DNA from: a bacterium
GTDB taxonomy: Bacteria > Zhuqueibacterota > Zhuqueibacteria > Oceanimicrobiales > Oceanimicrobiaceae
DNA length: 47,883 bases
Direction: 5' to 3'
NCBI GenBank assembly: GCA_046757525.1
Contig: JBHHYI010000010.1
Span: forward strand, 1-47,883
In this document: positions 28,242 through 36,930 of the stretch, piece after piece
Layout of the letters: every line of letters starts with the position of its first letter
How positions within the stretch are numbered: position 1 is the first letter of the stretch
Notes under the pieces: model-generated
The model's input: only the letters and a program-made list of their open reading frames with translations
Told to the model about the DNA's origin: nothing
The model's database searches: none
Position numbers and translations under genes: made by a program

Positions 28242-29277
28242 GACATTCAGCTCCTTTTTAGCTCTCGGAGTATTGCTTGCCGGCCTGGCGCTGGCAGCCG
28301 GACTGACCTACGGCCAGGGCGGCGTGCCCTCGGTAGAATCAAAGATCGACAAGACCACCATTACCATTGGCGACGTGGTGACCTATTCGATCATCGTGAC
28401 CAGAGACCCGGATGTGCAAGTCGACATTCCGCTGGCAGCCAATCTCGGCAAATTCGAGATTCGAGACTACCAGGTCCACGACCCAGAGAAAGCGGGGGGC
28501 AAAATCGTAGAGCGCACCGATTATCTCATTTCAACCTTTGAGGTGGGTGAATTCGAGATTCCGCCATTAGAGGTCGACTATGTCCTGCCGGGGGATTCTA
28601 CTAAACACTCCTTAAAGACAAGCAAACTCAATATCCTGGTCAAGAGTCTCAATCCGAGTGAGGCTGGCGATATTCGGGACATCAAGCCGCCGCTGAGCCT
28701 GCCGCGCGATTTTAGCAAGCTCATCCTGTGGGGCGCGATTGGTTTGGGGCTCCTTTTCTTATTGTCCGTTGCGATTTACATCTGGCGCCGAAAGAAGGCT
28801 GGCAAAACCATTCTGCCCAGGAAAGTGGAACCGCCACGGCCTGCCCACGAAACTGCTTTTGCCGCGCTAAACGCACTCAAGGAGTCGTCGCCGCTGCAAG
28901 AAGGCAAGTTCAAGGAGTTTTATGTTGAAGTTTCGCAAATTATTCGTAGCTACATCGAAGGCCGGTATTTCATTATTGCCCTGGAAATGACTACCTTTGA
29001 GCTGGTTGAAAAGCTCAAGGCTACTGAGATTGAACCCGAAAATATAGAATTGATTCAAGCATTGCTGGAAATCTGCGATCTGGTCAAATTCGCCAAGTAC
29101 AGCCCCTCGGATTCAGAGCACCAATCCACACTGGCCAGGGCGTTTGAAATTGTGGATCGAACCAAGCTGGTTTACCACGAGGAGGAAATGGCGGCAGAGG
29201 CGGAAGGCGCACCACCTGAAGAATCTGAGGCGCAGAATACGCCGGCTTTGGTGAACGATTTGGAAAGTGAAAGTTAG
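28222..29277 (+). CDS. Bat-operon membrane-anchored protein (BatD-like N domain, DIKPP motif)
   Basis: IDKTTITIGD, IRDIKPP, TM helix, PAHETA..AL..L, FYVEVSQIIRSYIE, ALEMTTFE, DLVKFAKY; directly upstream of batA. Confidence 0.8.
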   Translation: MPTSCSKTFSSFLALGVLLAGLALAAGLTYGQGGVPSVESKIDKTTITIGDVVTYSIIVTRDPDVQVDIPLAANLGKFEIRDYQVHDPEKAGGKIVERTDYLISTFEVGEFEIPPLEVDYVLPGDSTKHSLKTSKLNILVKSLNPSEAGDIRDIKPPLSLPRDFSKLILWGAIGLGLLFLLSVAIYIWRRKKAGKTILPRKVEPPRPAHETAFAALNALKESSPLQEGKFKEFYVEVSQIIRSYIEGRYFIIALEMTTFELVEKLKATEIEPENIELIQALLEICDLVKFAKYSPSDSEHQSTLARAFEIVDRTKLVYHEEEMAAEAEGAPPEESEAQNTPALVNDLESES

Positions 29278-29280
29278 GTC

Positions 29281-30276
29281 ATGTTTCGTTTTGCCAATCC
29301 TGAGCTTTTGTGGTTCCTGTCCGTAATTCCGGTTCTGATTTTTTGGTACACCAGGAAAAATTACAGACGGCAGGGCACGCTGCGGTATTCTAATATCGGC
29401 CTGGTAAAAAACGTGGACAAACCGTCTTTCAAGAAAAAATATCGGCACATCTTGTTTGCGCTGCGCTTGATAGCGCTCTTGCTTCTGATCATTTGCTTTG
29501 CCAGACCACAATCGGGCCGCACCGAGGAAGAGGTTACAACCGAAGGCATCGACATCGTTTTGGCGGTGGATATTTCCAGCAGCATGCTCGCCGAAGATTT
29601 CAAGCCAGACAATCGGCTGGAAGCGGCAAAAAAGGTGGCCGCACAGTTCATCCAGGGGCGCAAGAACGATCGCATCGGGCTGGTCGTCTTCGCTGCGAAG
29701 AGCTTCACTCAGTGTCCGTTGACACTGGATTATGGTATCCTGCTGAATTTTATCGACAGGGTTGAAAGCGGAATGATCGAAGACGGCACGGCTATCGGCA
29801 TGGCTATCGCCAACGCTGCGAACCGCCTCAGAGACAGCAAGGCCAAAAGCAAGGTGGTCATTCTGTTGACCGATGGCCAAAACAATCGCGGTGAATTAGA
29901 CCCAGTGACCGCGGCGAAGGTCGCCCACGCATTCAAAATACGCATTTATACCGTCGGCGTGGGCAAATATGGCGATGCCCTCTACCCGGTGGACGATCCG
30001 ATTTTTGGCAAACGGTACGTAAGAATGCCCGTGCAAATCGATGAAAAGACGTTGAAAGAGATTGCCAACATCACCGACGGCAGTTACTTCAGGGCAACGG
30101 ACAAAGCGAGTTTGGAGAAAATATTCAAAGAAATCGACCAACTGGAAAAAACCAAAATCGAAGTGAAACAGTTTACCCGCTTCAAGGAGTTGTTTACCAC
30201 TTACTTGGGTTTGGCTTTGGCGGTCATCGTTTTAGAGGTCGTGTTGAGCAACACAAAATTCCGAAAGATTCCGTAG
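29281..30276 (+). CDS. batA: BatA VWA-domain protein
   Basis: MFRFANP, FARPQ, MIDAS DISSSM, NRLEAAK, GTAIG, LTDGQNN. Confidence 0.93.
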   Translation: MFRFANPELLWFLSVIPVLIFWYTRKNYRRQGTLRYSNIGLVKNVDKPSFKKKYRHILFALRLIALLLLIICFARPQSGRTEEEVTTEGIDIVLAVDISSSMLAEDFKPDNRLEAAKKVAAQFIQGRKNDRIGLVVFAAKSFTQCPLTLDYGILLNFIDRVESGMIEDGTAIGMAIANAANRLRDSKAKSKVVILLTDGQNNRGELDPVTAAKVAHAFKIRIYTVGVGKYGDALYPVDDPIFGKRYVRMPVQIDEKTLKEIANITDGSYFRATDKASLEKIFKEIDQLEKTKIEVKQFTRFKELFTTYLGLALAVIVLEVVLSNTKFRKIP

Positions 30277-30278
30277 AC

Positions 30279-31310
30279 ATGATCAGGTTTGCACAAATTG
30301 GCTATTTGCATCTCATCTGGCTGGTGCCGCTTTTGGTGCTGTTTTACACTTTTGTTTTCAAGTGGAAGAAGCGCGCGTTGCAGCGTTTTGGTAGACTTGA
30401 ATTGGTGGGAAACCTCATTCGGTCCACCAGCCGGCGTCGTCAAATCTTGAAGGCCTCCTTAATCGTGGCCGGCGTTCTTTTTATTACGTTGGCTTTGGCA
30501 CGCCCACAAATTGGTACGCGGCTGGAAGAAGTCAAACGCGAAGGCGTGGACGTCATGGTCGCCCTGGATGTCTCAGCTTCAATGTTGGCAGAAGACATCA
30601 AACCCAATCGGCTGGCAAAGGCCAAGCATGAGATTTCAGCCTTCATCGATTTGCTGCAAGGCGACCGGATTGGATTGATTGCTTTTGCTGGCGAAGCTTT
30701 TGTGCAGTGTCCACTCACTTTAGATTACGGCGCAGCGAAAACATTCCTGGACATCATGGATCCAACCCTGATACCGGAACCCGGCACCAACATAGGCGCT
30801 GCCATTGAACTGGCCATCAAGAATTTTGAATCAAAGGAACGGAAATACAAAGTGCTGGTGCTTATCACGGACGGAGAAGACCACGGCGGGGACGCTGAGA
30901 AATTCGCCGAAATCGCAGACAAAGAGGGGATCGTTATTTTTACCATAGGCATCGGCTCCCCTAAAGGGGTGCCCATACCGCTCCATAACGAAACCGGTGC
31001 TCAGAAGGGCTTCAAGAAAGACCGCAAGGGCGACGTGATTTTGACCAAGCTGGACCAATTGACCCTGGAGAAAATCGCCCTAACCACTGGAGGAAAGTAC
31101 TACCATTCAGCTACCGGCGAAGTGAAGTTGGAGCTGGTGAACAACGAAATCTCCAAGATGGAGAAAAAAGAATTAGCCTCGATGAAATTTTCCCAATTCG
31201 AAGACCGTTTCCAGTATGTGTTGGTCTTTGCAATAATCGTTTTTATTGCAGAAATCCTGATCTCTGAAAGAAGCAGAGTGAAACAAGAATGGCGCGGCAG
31301 ATTTGAATAA
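30279..31310 (+). CDS. batB: BatB VWA-domain protein
   Basis: LARPQIG, DVSASMLAEDIKPNRL, ITDGEDH, GSPKGVPIP. Confidence 0.92.
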   Translation: MIRFAQIGYLHLIWLVPLLVLFYTFVFKWKKRALQRFGRLELVGNLIRSTSRRRQILKASLIVAGVLFITLALARPQIGTRLEEVKREGVDVMVALDVSASMLAEDIKPNRLAKAKHEISAFIDLLQGDRIGLIAFAGEAFVQCPLTLDYGAAKTFLDIMDPTLIPEPGTNIGAAIELAIKNFESKERKYKVLVLITDGEDHGGDAEKFAEIADKEGIVIFTIGIGSPKGVPIPLHNETGAQKGFKKDRKGDVILTKLDQLTLEKIALTTGGKYYHSATGEVKLELVNNEISKMEKKELASMKFSQFEDRFQYVLVFAIIVFIAEILISERSRVKQEWRGRFE

Positions 31311-31368
31311 TACTTCACCTTCAGGTTGGCCGGGGAAACCAATGCTCAGAATCAACGGTTTAAGAGAT

Positions 31369-32127
31369 ATGCGTTCAAAACTCACTGGTTTGTTGCTGGT
31401 GTTTCACGTGTTCTTAGGGGCAGCTTTTGCCCAGGGCGGCCATAAGCAAGTCGCCGATGGCAACAAGCTGTTCGCCGAAGAAAAATATGATGAGGCCAAC
31501 AACAAATATCGCGATGCTCTGATTGAAAGTCCGGAGTCGCCCATCATTCAGTTCAATATTGGCGATGCTTTGTTTAAGAAGCACAACTATGAGGAAGCGC
31601 TGAAATCGTACGAAAAAGCCACCTCGTCGGATGACCTCAATTTGCAGGCGCAGGGGTATTACAATTTGGGCAATACGCTGTACAAAATGGGCAAGCTGCC
31701 GGAAAGTATTTTGGCCTACAAGAAGGCCCTGGAACTCAATCCTAATGACGAAGATGCGAAATACAACTTAGAATATGTCCGCGCCAAGTTGAAGGACTCA
31801 GCAAACAAGCAACCGCAGCAGAATCAGCAGCAACAACAGCAGCAACAGCAAGGTCAGCAGAATCAGGATTCTCAGCAACAGGATCGAGAGAAACAACAGA
31901 AGAAAAACGAATCCGACCAGCAACAAGGGGACGATGAACAAAAGCAAAAAAGTCAGCAGGAACAGCAACAAGAGCAAACCCAGGATCAACCAGAAACCCA
32001 ACCTGGTGAACTGTCCAAGAAAGATGCTGAGCGGATTCTGAACGCCTTGAAAAACGATGAGCAAAAACTTCTGCAGCAACAAAGGGTCAAGAAGCAGGGC
32101 CGTGCTTTTCGTGGAAAGGATTGGTGA
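31369..32127 (+). CDS. batC: BatC TPR protein with Gln-rich linker
   Basis: Signal peptide, YNLGNTLY, YKKALELNP.DEDAKYNL, poly-Q linker, AERILNAL, terminal KDW; start 31369 or 31342. Confidence 0.9.
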   Translation: MRSKLTGLLLVFHVFLGAAFAQGGHKQVADGNKLFAEEKYDEANNKYRDALIESPESPIIQFNIGDALFKKHNYEEALKSYEKATSSDDLNLQAQGYYNLGNTLYKMGKLPESILAYKKALELNPNDEDAKYNLEYVRAKLKDSANKQPQQNQQQQQQQQQGQQNQDSQQQDREKQQKKNESDQQQGDDEQKQKSQQEQQQEQTQDQPETQPGELSKKDAERILNALKNDEQKLLQQQRVKKQGRAFRGKDW

Positions 32128-32174
32128 GAGGGAGTCTGGTAAAACTTTGTGCACCTCAACAACGCGGTTCTAAG

Positions 32175-34022
32175 ATGACACATTTTCCAATAAAGCACTC
32201 TATCCTGGCAGCCCTCATCGTGGGCGTCGGGGTGCCCGCTCTCCTTGGGCAGGGTCTGGAGCTCAGCGCACATGTGGATCGCACCCCGGTCAGCCTGAAT
32301 CAGCAATTTGAGTTAACCGTGGAGCTTTCCGGTTCTGATGCCAACAAGGCACCGGAACCCGCTGTGCCCGATATTGAAGAATTCGCCTCCTATCTCGGTT
32401 CTGGCAGCTCACAGAACATACAGATTATCAACGGTAGGATGTCTGTTTCTAAGACCATTAGCTATCATTTCATTGCGACCAAAGTTGGTAAGTTTCAAAT
32501 CCCACCCATTGAAATACGCTACCGGGGCAAGCGTTTCGCCACGGACGCCATCCCCATCGAAATCGTGCAAGGGCAAGCTGCTGCTCCGCAAACGCAAGGC
32601 AGAAGACAGAACCGGGCGGCACCAAAAGCCACCGGAGATTTGTCTGACGTGCTTTTTCTGAGGGCAACAGCCAACAAAAAGCGCGTTTATCAGAATGAAC
32701 CGATCGTGGTTTCCTACAAGATCTACATGGCGGTCACGGTGACCACCTATGGCATTTCTCAGTTGCCCAATACCGTAGGATTTTGGAACGAGGAAATACC
32801 TTTGCCGCAACGGCCAGGCCTTCACGAGGAGTTGGTCAATGGGCGAAGATTCAGAGTAGCCGAGATCAAGAAGCTGGTGTTGTTTCCACAAGGGCCTGGC
32901 ATGAAAACGTTAGATCCGCTCACCATCGAATGTGAAGTTCAAATGAAACGCAGGCGGAGACGAAACGACCTGTTCGACAGCTTCTTCGAAGATCCGTTTT
33001 TTGGGTTGACTCAAACGGTGAGACGGAATGTGACCTCGAACCCCCTTTCCATTGAAGTCATGCCCCTTCCGGAGAATGGCAAGCCTGACGATTTTTCAGG
33101 AGCGGTCGGCATCTTTTCGATTTCCAACGCAGTGGACAAAACAGAGGTAAAGACTAACGAAGCCGTCACTTTGAAAGTAAACATCTCAGGGACTGGAAAC
33201 ATAAAATTCCTGCCAAAGCCACACATTAGTTTTCCCACGGATTTTGAGGTTTATGATCCTAAGATTTCGGAAAATATCAACAGAAAAAACAATGTCATTT
33301 CGGGGAGCAAGACGTTCGAATATATCTTGATTCCGCGATTTCCAGGTAACCAGGTGATCAAGCCGATTTCTTTTTCTTACTTCGATTTAAATAAGAACAA
33401 ATACAAAACGGTGAGGACAAACCCTGTCACGATTTCCGTCAGCAAGGGCAACGAGCAATTGGTGTCCGTTGGAATAGGAAGCTCAAAAGAAGATGTTAAA
33501 TTCATTGGGAAAGACATCCGCTTCATTCAGATGCGGTTACCTGAGTTTCATAAGATTGGTCGGGTGTTTTATAAGGAGTGGCCTTTCTTCGCGATTCTAA
33601 TCGTGCCGTTGCTGCTCTTAGGGGCAACCGTCGGGTACCAGAAGCATCTGGAAAAACTCAATACCAACGTCGCTTATGCCCGCAGCAGGAAAGCCAATCA
33701 AATGGCTTTGAAGAGATTGCGATTGGCCAACAAACAGTTAAAGCAAAGCAATGCAAGCGCTTTTTATGGCGAGGTTTCAAAGGCCCTCATGGGCTTTATT
33801 GGCGACAAATTCAACGTGTTTGCGGCGGGCCTGATGACCGACCAGGTTGAGGCCATGTTGCGGCAACGCGGTGCCAGAGAAGAGGTGGCAACGGAGTTCC
33901 TGGAATGTCTCAAGGATTGTGAATACAGACGCTTTGCACCTTCTGCGGCCGACAACGGGGCCTTACAGGACTTTTTTGAACGCTCAAAGAATGCGATCAT
34001 CAGTTTAGAAAGGGAAATTTGA
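32175..34022 (+). CDS. batD: BatD protein
   Basis: SSQNIQIINGRMS, VYQNEPI, FSGAVG.F, ISGTGNIK, FEVYDPK, C-terminal TM and RFAP; start 32175 or 32121. Confidence 0.9.
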   Translation: MTHFPIKHSILAALIVGVGVPALLGQGLELSAHVDRTPVSLNQQFELTVELSGSDANKAPEPAVPDIEEFASYLGSGSSQNIQIINGRMSVSKTISYHFIATKVGKFQIPPIEIRYRGKRFATDAIPIEIVQGQAAAPQTQGRRQNRAAPKATGDLSDVLFLRATANKKRVYQNEPIVVSYKIYMAVTVTTYGISQLPNTVGFWNEEIPLPQRPGLHEELVNGRRFRVAEIKKLVLFPQGPGMKTLDPLTIECEVQMKRRRRRNDLFDSFFEDPFFGLTQTVRRNVTSNPLSIEVMPLPENGKPDDFSGAVGIFSISNAVDKTEVKTNEAVTLKVNISGTGNIKFLPKPHISFPTDFEVYDPKISENINRKNNVISGSKTFEYILIPRFPGNQVIKPISFSYFDLNKNKYKTVRTNPVTISVSKGNEQLVSVGIGSSKEDVKFIGKDIRFIQMRLPEFHKIGRVFYKEWPFFAILIVPLLLLGATVGYQKHLEKLNTNVAYARSRKANQMALKRLRLANKQLKQSNASAFYGEVSKALMGFIGDKFNVFAAGLMTDQVEAMLRQRGAREEVATEFLECLKDCEYRRFAPSAADNGALQDFFERSKNAIISLEREI

Positions 34023-34801
34023 GCATGCTCGTTCTTAGGCAAACCACACGGTTGGGTTTCGCATTCCTCGTCGCTCTGATGATTGCAGGGAAGTGTGTAG
34101 CCAGCGAAAGCGACACCCATTTTAAAAGGGGCAATGAGTTTTATGAAAAAGGTGAATATGGCTCTGCAATTGCAGAATACGAACAAATATTGCAGTCGGG
34201 ATATGAAGGTTGGGAGGTTTACTTTAACCTTGGTAATGCTTATTTCAAACAGGGAGAATTGGGCGAGGCCATTCTGAATTTTGAACGGGCCAGAAAGCTA
34301 AATCCTGACAACGAAGACATTGAGTTTAATCTGGATCTGGTGAATCTCTCTGTGGTGGATCGCGTGCCGCAATTGCCGCAATTTTTTGTGTTGGAATGGA
34401 TTAGCAAGTTTGTGAGGATTTTGAGCCTAAACACTCTGGGCATTGTCACCATCGTCGCCTATCTGCTGTGGACCTTTTTGATAATTTTGCGGCTGGCATT
34501 CAAGCGGGTTCAACTGAGAAGATTTTATTTCGTGGCAATATTAATAAGCAGCACCGTCTTTTTTGTGCTGGGCAGCACTTTAGCTTTGAGAATATTTCAA
34601 AATGAGACTGATTCTGAAGCTATACTTCTGGCAGAGAAGGTCGATGTTAAGAGTGCCCCGGGTTCTGCGGGCACCGATTTGTTCACCCTGCACGAAGGGG
34701 TCAAGGTGTCGATACAGGATCGTTCGGGTGACTGGTTGAAAATAAAACTTGCCGATGGAAAGGTCGGGTGGTTGTTGGGAGATGCCGTAGAACAAATATA
34801 A
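34019..34801 (+). CDS. batE: BatE (TPR + TM + SH3b)
   Basis: YFNLGNAYFK..LG.AILNFERA..L.P, two TMs, LFTLHEGVKV..W.KI.LADGKVGW. Confidence 0.9.
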   Translation: MSMLVLRQTTRLGFAFLVALMIAGKCVASESDTHFKRGNEFYEKGEYGSAIAEYEQILQSGYEGWEVYFNLGNAYFKQGELGEAILNFERARKLNPDNEDIEFNLDLVNLSVVDRVPQLPQFFVLEWISKFVRILSLNTLGIVTIVAYLLWTFLIILRLAFKRVQLRRFYFVAILISSTVFFVLGSTLALRIFQNETDSEAILLAEKVDVKSAPGSAGTDLFTLHEGVKVSIQDRSGDWLKIKLADGKVGWLLGDAVEQI

Positions 34802-34848
34802 CCACCAATCATTACAATGACAGTGATCGTTTACCAGAGGGCGCAAGT

Positions 34849-35475
34849 GTGCAAGTACTGTACAAGAAAATTAAAGCCGATCTGAAACAGGCGTATGCGA
34901 CCAATCTCAAGAAGTCGCTCATCCTGGTTTTGTTGCTGTTCATTGCTCTGGTAAATATTTCTCCTAAAATACCCGTCAAAACCGAAAATGTCAACGCTCC
35001 CCACGTGGTACTGACCATTGAAGACATTCCAATTACGCGACAAGCATTCAGGCGCCCCCCTCCCCCTAAACCGCAAATTCCGGTACCTTCCGAAGACGAA
35101 TCCATTCCGGAAGACGAGACGATTGTAGAAACCACGCTGAAGTACACCAATGTTTTCGATAATCTTCCCGAAGGAACCATCGGCCCTGTGGGGTTGAAAA
35201 TCACGCCTCCTCGTCCCATTGCCTGGGTGTTTCCTGAATATCCCAAAGACATGAAAAAGAAGGGTATTCGCGGCGAGGTAAAACTCAGCATTCACATCAC
35301 TGAGAAAGGTAACGTCTCCGAAGTGGTGGTGCTTGAAAACACCACCGGTAGCAAGGCGTGCGCTGACGCTGCCGTTTCTGCTGCCTATGGCAGTCGATTC
35401 TCTCCCGCGCGGGAAGGGAACAAACCCATCAATTTTTGGATCACCCAACCCTATCGCTTTGATGTTAGCCGGTGA
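34849..35475 (+). CDS. tonB: TonB family energy transducer
   Basis: KKIKADLK + TM, PPPPKPQIPVPS, PEYP..MKKKGIRGEV..I...G.V..V.V, FSPA; GTG start at 34849 inferred from AGAGGG. Confidence 0.85.
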   Translation: MQVLYKKIKADLKQAYATNLKKSLILVLLLFIALVNISPKIPVKTENVNAPHVVLTIEDIPITRQAFRRPPPPKPQIPVPSEDESIPEDETIVETTLKYTNVFDNLPEGTIGPVGLKITPPRPIAWVFPEYPKDMKKKGIRGEVKLSIHITEKGNVSEVVVLENTTGSKACADAAVSAAYGSRFSPAREGNKPINFWITQPYRFDVSR

Positions 35476-35485
35476 GTCGTAAACA

Positions 35486-35508
35486 TAGTTAGCACATAGT
35501 GCTAATTA
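35486..35508. promoter_or_regulatory. inverted repeat, candidate sigma54 activator site
   Basis: TAGTTAGCAC-ATA-GTGCTAATTA, about 100-125 nt upstream of a sigma54 promoter. Confidence 0.45.
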
Positions 35509-35557
35509 ATTTACCAAGTGGGCGGTAGTTTCTCTCTATTTGAACCAACGACCAGTA

Positions 35558-35570
35558 TAAAGCGTTGATA
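35558..35570 (-). promoter_or_regulatory. IHF-like binding site
   Basis: Reverse complement TATCAACGCTTTA fits WATCAANNNNTTR; lies between the palindrome and the sigma54 promoter. Confidence 0.55.
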
Positions 35571-35609
35571 ATAATAGGCGATTGGATTCGCCCTGTAGAA
35601 TGTCCTTGC

Positions 35610-35625
35610 TGGCATGTCGTTTGCA
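35610..35625 (+). promoter_or_regulatory. sigma54 (-24/-12) promoter
   Basis: TGGCATGTCGTTTGCA, GG-N10-GC exact. Confidence 0.75.
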
Positions 35626-35679
35626 GAATTTCCATTGAAATCTTCAAGAGAAAATGTTTTTCATAGAGGAGAAAAGAAA

Positions 35680-36888
35680 ATGAGAAAACAAATCAAGCAG
35701 GCTGCCGTGTGGTCCTTTTTCGTTGTTCTCAGTTCTTTCTTTTTAGGAGGATGTTACACGCAACTGGCCAAGCCAGATCGCCATGATGATGATGAGTATT
35801 ATGTGGAAGAGTACCAGGAGTCCGAACCAGAGGATGACAGTGAGGAAGCTTACGAGGAGGCCTATGAGGGGGAGGATGAAGAAGAGTACCAGGATGTTGA
35901 TATACAACGTAACTACTATGGCAACGTTTATGTGATCGGCCCCTATGGCGGCCCCTGGTTTTACGACCCATTTTTCTACGATCCTTTTTACTACGACCCA
36001 TTTTTTTACGATCCGTTCTACTATGATCCGTTCTTCTACGGTTTTGCTTACTCCCCTCACTACTACCCACCGCCGCACCATTCGGGATTTTCTGTTTTCA
36101 TAGGATTTTACGACCCCGCATTCTGGTGTGGCACTTATTGGTATGCTCGCCACGGGGCTGTGCGTGGATTCCATGCAGCAGGGCGTTTCAACTATCCTTA
36201 TTTTGCCGGTGGTGCCTTTGCCGGTGGTTCCTTTGGCGGTGCTTCCGGTCTGCCGGTGAAGAAGAGAGACTTTGGCCGGGGCGGAACCACGGTGGTAGAC
36301 AATTTCGGTAGAACGCCCAGACGCAGGGAAAGCGGCAAGTCTCAAAAGACTACTAAGACGGGCGTGGCAATAGACAACGTTACAAAGATTGGAGGTTCGC
36401 CAACGCCGGTAACCTCGATTTCTCGTCAAGGAAATCCTTCAGGGGCGAGAGGACGGAATTCGGGGTCGCGCGTTGAGCGGGGGAGAAAGAAGCGGCCTTC
36501 TTCCCAAAATGGCAGCGGGTACAGGCGGAAACACAACCCGGTGAAAATTGAAAGAGTGGTTAAGGTAAACGGGCCGATGCAAAACGTCGGTAAGAGTGGT
36601 CTGAAAAAGAGTAGCCGCGGGTCGAGTCGGGGAGCGCCGTCGAAAGTCAGGCGCTCAGGCACCAGGCAGGTCTTCAAGCAGATACCGCCCTATGTAGTCA
36701 AAAGCAGTCGCTCGCGCTCCAGCACCTCTAAGTCGAAGTCGCCATCGAAATTCAAGCGCGTGATTTCAAAGCTCGGTACCTTGGTTAAAAACAGCAGCCG
36801 TGGAGGTAAAAGGTTCAGCGGCGGCTCATCGAGGGGGCACTCATCCGGCCAGTCATCAAATAAACCGAGCCGCCGGCGAAAGAATTAA
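35680..36888 (+). CDS. low-complexity lipoprotein (acidic / aromatic repeat / basic Ser-Gly-Arg tail)
   Basis: RBS AGGAG, lipobox LGGC followed by YTQL; the track's 35614 start lies inside the sigma54 promoter, so 35680 is preferred. Confidence 0.8.
   Translation: MRKQIKQAAVWSFFVVLSSFFLGGCYTQLAKPDRHDDDEYYVEEYQESEPEDDSEEAYEEAYEGEDEEEYQDVDIQRNYYGNVYVIGPYGGPWFYDPFFYDPFYYDPFFYDPFYYDPFFYGFAYSPHYYPPPHHSGFSVFIGFYDPAFWCGTYWYARHGAVRGFHAAGRFNYPYFAGGAFAGGSFGGASGLPVKKRDFGRGGTTVVDNFGRTPRRRESGKSQKTTKTGVAIDNVTKIGGSPTPVTSISRQGNPSGARGRNSGSRVERGRKKRPSSQNGSGYRRKHNPVKIERVVKVNGPMQNVGKSGLKKSSRGSSRGAPSKVRRSGTRQVFKQIPPYVVKSSRSRSSTSKSKSPSKFKRVISKLGTLVKNSSRGGKRFSGGSSRGHSSGQSSNKPSRRRKN
35956..36039 (+). repeat. 15-nt tandem repeat encoding (F/W)(F/Y)YDP x5
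   Basis: WFYDP FFYDP FYYDP FFYDP FYYDP FFY. Confidence 0.9.
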
Positions 36889-36930
36889 CCCACTTGGACT
36901 TATGACCATGTTTTTTGCACGGAGGAACCA

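Noticed and set aside
29113..29880. Long antisense ORFs (e.g. 255 aa opposite batA, 228 aa at 35743..36429)
   Set aside because: Shadows of well-supported + strand genes with no independent features
31810..31990. CAG/CAA-rich tract
   Set aside because: Ordinary Gln-rich linker typical of BatC
35489..35505. CIRCE element
   Set aside because: Half-sites match but the spacing is 3 nt; CIRCE needs TTAGCACTC-N9-GAGTGCTAA, and it is not at a chaperone gene
35956..36039. CRISPR-like or phase-variable repeat
   Set aside because: 15-nt in-frame coding units with synonymous divergence and no spacers
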